DNA of 64,000 bases from Thermoproteota archaeon (lineage in GTDB: Archaea; Thermoproteota; Thermoprotei; Thermofilales; B9-G17): assembly GCA_029258885.1 (NCBI GenBank), contig JAPDJW010000002.1, forward strand, positions 192,001 to 256,000, read 5' to 3'. How positions within the stretch are numbered: position 1 is the stretch's first letter; each line of letters starts with the position of its first letter. Of this stretch, positions 56,952 to 64,000 are shown in pieces. The translations under genes were made by a program, and so were the position numbers. The notes under the pieces are model-generated. The model was not told the origin of the DNA, did no database searches, and worked only from the letters and a program-made list of their open reading frames with translations.

Positions 56952-57993
56952 TATGCCAGCCCACGCAATTAAGGCTGTAAATCTAACTAAAATATTCTAC
57001 AGCAAGGAGAGAAGGGGATGGTTTAAGAGAGGAAGGACCAAAAAGATAGTTGCGGTAGATCACATAAGTTTTAAGGTTAGATACGGCGAAATATTCGGTT
57101 TCCTAGGCCCAAACGGCGCTGGTAAAACTACTACGATCAAGATGCTAACAACCCTGCTTATACCGGATGAAGGAGATGCTTGGGTATGCGGCTATCATGT
57201 AGTGAATGAGGCTAATAGGGTTAGGGAGGTTATCGGATTAAGCCTATACAGCGATAGAGGATTTTACTGGAAGCTTACCGGAAGGGAGAACCTCAGGTAC
57301 TTCGCCTACCTCTATCATATTCCGCCGAAACAGGCTGAGAAGAGAATTGATGAGCTATTAAAGTTAGTAGGGCTTCAGGATAAAGCGGATGTTCTCGTCG
57401 AGGAATACAGCACTGGGATGAAGTCGAAGCTTAATTTCGCTAGGGCTCTACTGAATGATCCAGAGGTAGTGTTCCTCGATGAACCGACCATAGGATTGGA
57501 TCCGAACTCCGCTAGAGCTATAAGAGAGATAATACTCGACCTAAAGAAGCAGGGTAAAACCATATTCCTCACGACGCATAACATGGAGGAGGCAGACTAT
57601 CTATGTGACAGAATAGCTATCATAAGTAGGGGGAAGATAATAGCTACGGGTACCTCCAGCGAGCTTAAAAGCCTAATTGAAAGGAGGGATATCATAGTTG
57701 TCGAGGCGTCTAATATATCCGATAAAGTTATAGAGAAAATTAAGGGAGTTGACGGAGTCGCCTATGTCTCTAAAACGATAAAGGATCCAGTATCTATGTC
57801 CGGAGTCCTAAGGATAGGCTTAAACGGTAACAGCAGGGATCTTCTGCCATCAATACTCAGGGTGCTCGTAAACTCACATATAAAAGTCAACTTCATCAAG
57901 CCATCCGAACCCACATTAGAGGACGTATTCATCAAGCTTACTGGAAGGGGGTTCTATGAGGAGGAGGTCAATAGTCAGAGAGCTACAAAATAA
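56944..57993 (+). CDS. ABC-2 type exporter ATP-binding subunit
   Basis: GPNGAGKTT, YSTGM, LDEPTIGLD and TTHNMEEA motifs. Confidence 0.95.
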   Translation: MSNMPAHAIKAVNLTKIFYSKERRGWFKRGRTKKIVAVDHISFKVRYGEIFGFLGPNGAGKTTTIKMLTTLLIPDEGDAWVCGYHVVNEANRVREVIGLSLYSDRGFYWKLTGRENLRYFAYLYHIPPKQAEKRIDELLKLVGLQDKADVLVEEYSTGMKSKLNFARALLNDPEVVFLDEPTIGLDPNSARAIREIILDLKKQGKTIFLTTHNMEEADYLCDRIAIISRGKIIATGTSSELKSLIERRDIIVVEASNISDKVIEKIKGVDGVAYVSKTIKDPVSMSGVLRIGLNGNSRDLLPSILRVLVNSHIKVNFIKPSEPTLEDVFIKLTGRGFYEEEVNSQRATK

Positions 57994-58807
57994 CCTACTT
58001 GTGGTATGGGCGGTTTTTGTCAGGGATATAACTTTCTGGCTTAGGTATCCAAGCTGGATATTCACATTCATAGCACTACCATATATGCTTTCTGGGCTAT
58101 TCTACGGCATGGGCTACGCGTTAGCTGGCCCAAGCTCCTTAAAGAACTTTGCAAGTAAAACGGGAACTGAAAATGCTTTTCTATACTACACCATAGGATG
58201 CTTCATTCTACTCTTCACGGAACTTGTATTAGGTGAGGTTAGCGCAAGTATAAGGTCGGAGCAGCTTCGAGGAACATTCGAGATAAACTATGTTACTCCA
58301 ACAAACAAGCTAGTGCTTTGGTCTGCTCCAGTAATCCCCCATGGATTAATGTCCTCGGGGATAATGATAGCTTCAACGCTTCCAGTAGTTATAATTGAGG
58401 CTGGTAAGCTTGATCCAGTAAACTTCTTCATAGCAGTAATAGTGCTATTCCTAGGCATCCTACCTCTCCTAGGCCTGGGAATGGCTATGGCAGCGTTAAC
58501 TATGAGGTTTAAGGAGCCGTGGGCCGTTATAAATATGGTTAGGGTTATACTATATCTCCTATCGGGGATATACTACCCCCTAACAGTTCTGCCCGAATAT
58601 TTAAGGTACATGGCTGTAGTAGTTCCTCCAAACTATATGGTGGATATTCTGAGGGACCTCTTAATCTTCCAAAGGAAAGTAATCCTCTCCGACTATAGGA
58701 TACTGGCTTTATTCATACTATCCTCAATCTACCTCATCCTAGGGTTTAGCCTATATAGGAGGTGGGAGCAGAATGCTAGGAGAACTGGTGAGATTTCAAA
58801 GTATTAG
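57956..58807 (+). CDS. ABC-2 type permease
   Basis: EQLRGTFE motif, SGIYYP and about 6 TM segments. Confidence 0.88.
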   Translation: MRRRSIVRELQNNLLVVWAVFVRDITFWLRYPSWIFTFIALPYMLSGLFYGMGYALAGPSSLKNFASKTGTENAFLYYTIGCFILLFTELVLGEVSASIRSEQLRGTFEINYVTPTNKLVLWSAPVIPHGLMSSGIMIASTLPVVIIEAGKLDPVNFFIAVIVLFLGILPLLGLGMAMAALTMRFKEPWAVINMVRVILYLLSGIYYPLTVLPEYLRYMAVVVPPNYMVDILRDLLIFQRKVILSDYRILALFILSSIYLILGFSLYRRWEQNARRTGEISKY

Positions 58808-59606
58808 AAGTAGACTACTTGAAGTCTATGCATCAGCCTACGCTAGCATGAAGATATACTTCAGGTATCCAATGTGGTTTATATCAGATATCGTTACAAC
58901 CCCCCTCTGGATAGTTATCATATTTATGCCCATACTCCTATTTCTCCCCGAGTCTGAGTGGAGGAACCCTGAAATTATTGAGGCGATGTACTGGGGAATG
59001 ATATTTCTAGACCTCATATCCCTAACTCTCTGGGGAATAGGCATGAGCATAAGGAGGGAGCAACAGCAGGGAACCATAGAGTACCTCTTCATAACAAACG
59101 CTAGTAGAGCCGTAATATTTTCCAATAGAGTATTTTCTCGTATTCTAAGCCTATTGATGGATGTAGCCTACATAGCGTTAATCATAAACCTAATATTTGG
59201 CGTTAGCATTACAATCGTGAATCCTATCGAACTTTTCGTATACCTGGCTATATCAGTTCTTCTAGCACTTGGACTTGGAATGATGTATGGTGCAGTAGTC
59301 CTATACCTTAAGAATCCGGGGGCACTAAACAATATACTGCAGTTCATCATACTGGGCTTAGGAGGGATATTTATTCCACCCTCAAGAATGCCCTATCCAC
59401 TCAACATAGTTTCGTTGGCAATACCATTCTCTTATGCAATAGATCTTGTGAGAAACGCGGCAATGGGTACGCAAACTATGATAGACAAAAATCTTGAGAT
59501 ATTTATACTTCTAGTATCAACTATGGCGAGTATTATTACTGGCAGATACATATTGAGTAAACTTGAGGAGGTAAATAAGAGAAGCGGCAAGCTAGGCACA
59601 TACTAA
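58773..59606 (+). CDS. ABC-2 type permease
   Basis: REQQQGTIEYL, GGIFIP and PFSYAIDLVR motifs. Confidence 0.88.
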   Translation: MLGELVRFQSIRSRLLEVYASAYASMKIYFRYPMWFISDIVTTPLWIVIIFMPILLFLPESEWRNPEIIEAMYWGMIFLDLISLTLWGIGMSIRREQQQGTIEYLFITNASRAVIFSNRVFSRILSLLMDVAYIALIINLIFGVSITIVNPIELFVYLAISVLLALGLGMMYGAVVLYLKNPGALNNILQFIILGLGGIFIPPSRMPYPLNIVSLAIPFSYAIDLVRNAAMGTQTMIDKNLEIFILLVSTMASIITGRYILSKLEEVNKRSGKLGTY

Positions 59607-59662
59607 CCTAGTTAATTTTTAACTTAACCTTATTATAACTGTACCTTTATGATTAATTGTAG

Positions 59663-61003
59663 GTGTTTAGCGTGTGTTCTGAGTGGTTTGAGAAGGAATA
59701 TTGGATAAACATATTTACTGCCGAGGAGAGCGATATAGATCCCGACGACAATATCATAGCTTTGTATTACGTTAAGCCTTCGGGTAACCTTAGCCTGAAG
59801 TCAGCTGGCATAAACATTGCAGCCGAGGAGTCCATCGGAACATGGACGGAAGTTGGGACAATAACTAAGGACGTGTTAAGGCTCGCTGCAAGGGTCTTTA
59901 AAGTGGAGAAAATGAATGGATCAGGCATAGTTAAGATAGCCTATCCGCTTGAACTATTCGATCTTGATGCTGGAATTTCCCACCTATTATCTATAGTGGC
60001 TGGAAACCTATTTGGCATGGGGGTTCTCGAGGGAGTTAAACTGCTCGATCTACATCTACCTAAAGAATACGTTAAACAGTTTAAGGGACCAAAATTCGGG
60101 ATAGAAGGCATTAGGAAAATAGTGGGTACATACGACAACCCGAGGCCACATCTGGGAACTATAGTGAAGCCCAAGGTGGGTTTGGATCCAAAGCAGACAG
60201 CTAAGGTCGCATATGAGGCGGCAATGGGGGGAGTAGACCTTGTAAAGGACGACGAAACCCTAACAAGCCAGAAGTTCTGCCCTCTTGAGGAGAGAGTTGC
60301 TAGGGTAATGGAGGCGCTAGATAGAGTTAAGGAGGAAACTGGGAGAATTGTTCTCTATGCTGTAGACGTTACAGCTGATTTAAACCAGCTATGGAAGAAC
60401 GTGGATACAGCCCTTGAAAATGGTGTAAACTGTATAATGGTCGATGTAATATGCGATGGTTTCCCTGTCTTGAGGGCGCTAGCCGAAGATCCCTCGGTAA
60501 AGGTTCCAATACACGTACATAGAACCATGCACGCTGCCATGACGAGGAATCCGGAACACGGAATACATATGATGGTTCTAGCTAAGCTAGTTAGATTAGC
60601 TGGCGGAGACCAGCTCCACACAGGAACAGCAAAGGGTAAGATGGAGAAGCCTATGGTAGGTAAGCTGAAAATACTGGAGGATTACTCTGGAGTAAAGGGA
60701 ATAAGGAGAATAAACGACTTTCTGAGATCCGAGTGGTACGGCATTAAAAGAGTACTTCCAGTAGCATCGGGTGGAATACACCCGGCATTAGTTCCAGCTA
60801 ACCTAGAGCTACTGGGCTACCCGGATATTCAGCTTAATGCAGGCGGAGGTATACACGGTCACCCGGACGGTACGCTTGCGGGAGCTAAGGCTATGAAGCA
60901 GGCAATCGAAGCCTTCATGAGGGGAATAAAGCTTGAGGAATACGCTAAGGATCATCCGGAGCTAAGGAGAGCTCTCGAGCACTGGGGATACAAGTATGCT
61001 TAA
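59663..61003 (+). CDS. rbcL: RuBisCO large subunit, form III
   Basis: AAEESIGTW, GTIVKPKVG, DLVKDDE (carbamylation site), HVHRTMHAA, HTGTAKGKME, SGG and GGG; the catalytic set appears intact. Confidence 0.9.
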   Translation: MFSVCSEWFEKEYWINIFTAEESDIDPDDNIIALYYVKPSGNLSLKSAGINIAAEESIGTWTEVGTITKDVLRLAARVFKVEKMNGSGIVKIAYPLELFDLDAGISHLLSIVAGNLFGMGVLEGVKLLDLHLPKEYVKQFKGPKFGIEGIRKIVGTYDNPRPHLGTIVKPKVGLDPKQTAKVAYEAAMGGVDLVKDDETLTSQKFCPLEERVARVMEALDRVKEETGRIVLYAVDVTADLNQLWKNVDTALENGVNCIMVDVICDGFPVLRALAEDPSVKVPIHVHRTMHAAMTRNPEHGIHMMVLAKLVRLAGGDQLHTGTAKGKMEKPMVGKLKILEDYSGVKGIRRINDFLRSEWYGIKRVLPVASGGIHPALVPANLELLGYPDIQLNAGGGIHGHPDGTLAGAKAMKQAIEAFMRGIKLEEYAKDHPELRRALEHWGYKYA

Positions 61004-61035
61004 ATCCACTAAATATTAAATTTCTGTTTTTCTAG

Positions 61036-61530
61036 GTGTTTAGCATGACTATAAACGCCGTAGTCTGCTATCTGATATCTGGAGATAAGGTGCTACTTAT
61101 AGAGAAGCTTAGAGGCTTTGGCGCGGGTAAGGTCAATGCTCCTGGGGGTAGGATAAAGCCTGGGGAAAGCATTATTGAAGCCGCTAAACGAGAGGTAATG
61201 GAGGAGGTAGGGTTAGAAATATATGATCCGGAGGTCTACGGAGTTCTTGAGTTCTACTTCGGCGAAAATAAAAGGGTTCCGGATTGGAGAGTCTATGTTC
61301 TATTATCGGAAAACTTTCAAGGCGAGCCGCGAGCTAGTGACGAAGCTAAGCCGTTCTGGGTTAGTATTGAAAGAATACCTCTCTCACTTATGTGGAGCGA
61401 TGATAGGTTCTGGCTACCCTGGCTGTTGGATAAGAGATACTTTAGAGGAATATTCGTCTTTGATGAGAAGGCTGAAGCTCTCCTAAAAGCATCCGTATAT
61501 CAGGTATCTAAGGAAGATGTAGTAGGGTGA
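61036..61530 (+). CDS. Nudix hydrolase (8-oxo-dGTPase, MTH1-like)
   Basis: KLRGFGAGK.NAPGGRIKPGESIIEAAKREVMEEVG Nudix box; MWSDD..W. Confidence 0.9.
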   Translation: MFSMTINAVVCYLISGDKVLLIEKLRGFGAGKVNAPGGRIKPGESIIEAAKREVMEEVGLEIYDPEVYGVLEFYFGENKRVPDWRVYVLLSENFQGEPRASDEAKPFWVSIERIPLSLMWSDDRFWLPWLLDKRYFRGIFVFDEKAEALLKASVYQVSKEDVVG

Positions 61531-61534
61531 CGTA

Positions 61535-62992
61535 TTGCGGCATCGACGAATTTTTCTCTTCTTTCTGATAACGCTTCTATTAACGGTACTGTTAGCTCCA
61601 TCAGTTATCCGTGAGGTAAGGTTCCAGGAGAGATTCTGTACATCCGCTGTCATATCGCCAGCTATCTCTACAAACGGTTTATCGATTATGTGGAAGAATA
61701 GGGATAATCCCAATAGACCGTATATTCCACAGGTACTTGTCCTCGGCGGCGGAAAATACAGGTTCATAGGCGTTGCAACAGTGGGGTCAAGCGGTATCTC
61801 ATTCGGCTTAAATGAGGCAGGGCTAGCCGTAGGCAATACCTACATAGAGGTGGTAAATGAGGGCGGAGAAATAGGTAACTTAGCATTGAATAGAATGATT
61901 CTATCGAATGCATCCTCTATTGATGAGGCCATAGAGTTAATACTAAACACCTACGGCAAGGCTTCCGGCTCCTCTATAGTGATGGCTGACCCTAGGGGAG
62001 TGGCTGTGCTCGACATATGTATGGACATAGCCTATAACCTGGAGAGAACGGAGGAAGGCTGGATAGTTAGGTCAAATCATTGGAGAAACGTGTCATCCAG
62101 TGAACTGGCGAAGTACGAGGCCTACTCTCCCGGCGAATCCTCCATTAAACGGTATGAGGCGGCATACAGCCTAATTAGAGATATGGCTGAGGATGGAGGA
62201 GTAAGCGTCATCGATATGCTTAAGGTAGCGAAAAGCCACGTCTACGGGATTGGGAGATTATCCATTTGTAGACATGAAAGTAGTAGATGGAGTATTGCAA
62301 GCCAGTCGACGACCGTTAGCTCCGGAGTATGCGTAATCTATAGAGATAATCCCTCCTTTTCAGTCATGTGGGTATCCCTAGGACAGCCGTGTATATGCAT
62401 ATATACTCCCGTTTTCGCAGCAGTAGCTAAGCTAAATATTTCTTCCATAGACTACTGGTCTACCGAGGATGTCTGGAGAAATAACGAGAAGATAAGGGAT
62501 ATTATGTACGGAGATAAGGGGCTATATTACAGCAATAAAACCCTAGCATACACATACTTCAACTTCACGTATAGGATTGAGGATGCATTGGTAGACTATG
62601 TGGAGGTCATATGGAGCAATAATAGCGATCCAGTGAACGCCACGGGCAAGTTAATAGGTCTAATAGAGGGAGAAAGGCTGAACATAACGGCTATATTTCT
62701 AAGCTGTAACAGAAGGAAGCTGGCAAAGGCCATAAATCTATCTATAAAATACATCTACGTAATTTTAACCGTAGACCTGAAGGCGTTATTTCACGAGACG
62801 GGGGATATAAGATACCTTAATGCAAGCCATATTGTTGAAGGGAGGCTACAGGCTATAGAGGATATTATAGCAGAACTTGGAGACGAGGAAACAGTCTTAA
62901 CATATCATCTAGTATTAACTATAGCGTTATCTGCCGTAGTAGTTATATTAGTAATAAAGAAAAAGAAAGGAAGTATTTTATTTCTTAAGTAG
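61535..62992 (+). CDS. Surface-anchored Ntn-hydrolase (C45/C69-like peptidase/amidase)
   Basis: Signal peptide, then RF|CTSAV (Cys nucleophile), WKNRD, GLNEAGLAVGN and RSNH; C-terminal TM followed by KKKK. Confidence 0.75.
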   Translation: MRHRRIFLFFLITLLLTVLLAPSVIREVRFQERFCTSAVISPAISTNGLSIMWKNRDNPNRPYIPQVLVLGGGKYRFIGVATVGSSGISFGLNEAGLAVGNTYIEVVNEGGEIGNLALNRMILSNASSIDEAIELILNTYGKASGSSIVMADPRGVAVLDICMDIAYNLERTEEGWIVRSNHWRNVSSSELAKYEAYSPGESSIKRYEAAYSLIRDMAEDGGVSVIDMLKVAKSHVYGIGRLSICRHESSRWSIASQSTTVSSGVCVIYRDNPSFSVMWVSLGQPCICIYTPVFAAVAKLNISSIDYWSTEDVWRNNEKIRDIMYGDKGLYYSNKTLAYTYFNFTYRIEDALVDYVEVIWSNNSDPVNATGKLIGLIEGERLNITAIFLSCNRRKLAKAINLSIKYIYVILTVDLKALFHETGDIRYLNASHIVEGRLQAIEDIIAELGDEETVLTYHLVLTIALSAVVVILVIKKKKGSILFLK

Positions 62993-63529
62993 CTTAAGGA
63001 ACTCCCTCATGAAAGCTGGTAGATCGGGCCATGCCCTGCTGGTAACTAGGTTTCCGTCGACAACTATCTCTTTGTCCTCGTATATTCCGCCCGCGTTCTC
63101 TATATCGGGTTTTAGCACCTTGTATGCTGTCATACGCTTACCTTTAACTAGCCCGTAGGCTAGGAGTACTAGTGGTCCATGGCAGATTGCAGCGACGGGC
63201 TTGTTTTTCTCAAAGAAGTGTTTAACTATCTTCTCTAGCTCAGGGCTAAGCCTCATATATTCGGGTGCTCTACCCCCGGGAATAATTAGGCCATCATACT
63301 CCTCGGGGTTAACGTCCTTATATGCTAGGTCAACCCACCTAAAGCAGTAGCCGGGCTTTTCGGTATAAGTTTCAACTCCTTCTTCGAAGTCATGGACTAC
63401 TGTATAGAGGTCCTTCTTGCTTGGGGCTGCCACGTGGACTTCTATACCCTCCTCCTTAAGCCTCCAGTATGGATAGAATATTTCCTGGGCTTCAACAGCG
63501 TCTCCAGCAATAATAAGAACCTTAACCAT
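62978..63529 (-). CDS. pfpI: PfpI/DJ-1 family protease/deglycase
   Basis: GDAVEAQE, IPGGRAPE, AICHGP and VDGNLVTSR motifs. Confidence 0.92.
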   Translation of the reverse strand: MVKVLIIAGDAVEAQEIFYPYWRLKEEGIEVHVAAPSKKDLYTVVHDFEEGVETYTEKPGYCFRWVDLAYKDVNPEEYDGLIIPGGRAPEYMRLSPELEKIVKHFFEKNKPVAAICHGPLVLLAYGLVKGKRMTAYKVLKPDIENAGGIYEDKEIVVDGNLVTSRAWPDLPAFMREFLKLLKK

Positions 63530-63593
63530 GAAATCACCACGTAAAATATATACGTTTTGATTAAAAAATTTAAGGGATTTTCAGTTCGTGCAG

Positions 63594-64000
63594 GTGGGTC
63601 TATTGCTAAAGGAGAGGATTGAGGTTCTCGATAACGGCTTAAGAGTCATTATAGTAGAGAATCACAGAGTGCCCGTTGCATCGCTTTTCATATTCTATAG
63701 GGTTGGATCTAGGAACGAGAGGCCCGGAATCACCGGTATATCGCATTTCATTGAGCATATGCTGTTTAAGGGGGCTGGAAAGTACGGCAAGGGTGATATA
63801 GATAGGCTAGTCTGTGAGAGAGGCGGGAGAAATAACGGTATGACGTGCGAGGATTTTACAGTTTATTTAATGACTATACCAGCTCCCTTCATAGATCTTG
63901 TTATTGATATTGAGGCGGAGAGGATGAGGAATGCAGTATTTGATGAGAGGGAAGTTGAGGCTGAAAGAACGGTAATTCTATCGGAGAGGGAGGGTGCCGA
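63594..64000 (+). CDS. M16 (pitrilysin/insulinase) metallopeptidase, 5' part only
   Basis: Read manually: LDNGLRVII, VGSRNERPGITGISHFIEHMLFKG (HxxEH); runs off the window edge. Confidence 0.9.
   Translation, partial: MGLLLKERIEVLDNGLRVIIVENHRVPVASLFIFYRVGSRNERPGITGISHFIEHMLFKGAGKYGKGDIDRLVCERGGRNNGMTCEDFTVYLMTIPAPFIDLVIDIEAERMRNAVFDEREVEAERTVILSEREGA

Noticed and set aside
56944-57993. ABC ATPase as the energiser of the FtsX modules
   Set aside because: It is more than 35 kb away, of the ABC-2 exporter type, and translationally coupled to its own two permeases.
979-60781. Dozens of 60-180 aa ORFs antisense to or nested within long genes
   Set aside because: They are shadows of well-supported genes on the other strand or frame, with no motifs, RBS or typical codon usage.
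59663-61003. RuBisCO-like protein (form IV)
   Set aside because: The KDDE, both Lys of KPK, HR, H-TG, loop-6 Lys, SGG and GGG residues are all present, consistent with a true form III enzyme.
1-64000. tRNA, rRNA, CRISPR array, transposase or integrase
   Set aside because: By eye I found no T-loop/cloverleaf, no regularly spaced repeats and no transposase or integrase motifs.

Overview
Archaeal DNA, inferred to be a thermophilic TACK/Thermoproteota-like genome. Evidence: TATA boxes, GGTGA/GGAGG ribosome-binding sites, AGG/ATA-rich codons, a geranylgeranyl reductase, a form III RuBisCO and a box C/D sRNA. The first ~33 kb is a coherent cluster that looks like a bacterial-peptidoglycan (murein) scavenging system in an archaeon. 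It encodes AnmK, NagZ, a MurK-like HexNAc kinase, MurQ, NamZ, an AmiE-like serine hydrolase and LysA, plus two surface-anchored hydrolases (a DigH/GHL10-like glycosidase and a C39-like cysteine peptidase). Between these sit two copies of an uncharacterised ATPase-less membrane module (giant PA/M28-fold-FtsX protein plus two OPT-superfamily-like proteins) and a surface beta-propeller. A methanogen-type SerRS is embedded near the cluster end. The remaining ~31 kb is mostly housekeeping and accessory genes. These include nrdD with a 470-aa intein whose LAGLIDADG motifs look degenerate, a box C/D sRNA, a candidate structured ncRNA, rsmA and an ATP-cone/PD-(D/E)xK nuclease without a canonical start codon. 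Also present are a Cys-rich secreted protein pair, GH31, XPD-like helicase, toxin-antitoxin loci, an ArsR-bactofilin-ABC operon, RuBisCO and peptidases. No tRNA, rRNA or CRISPR array was seen. All family assignments come from motif recognition by eye; no database searches were run.
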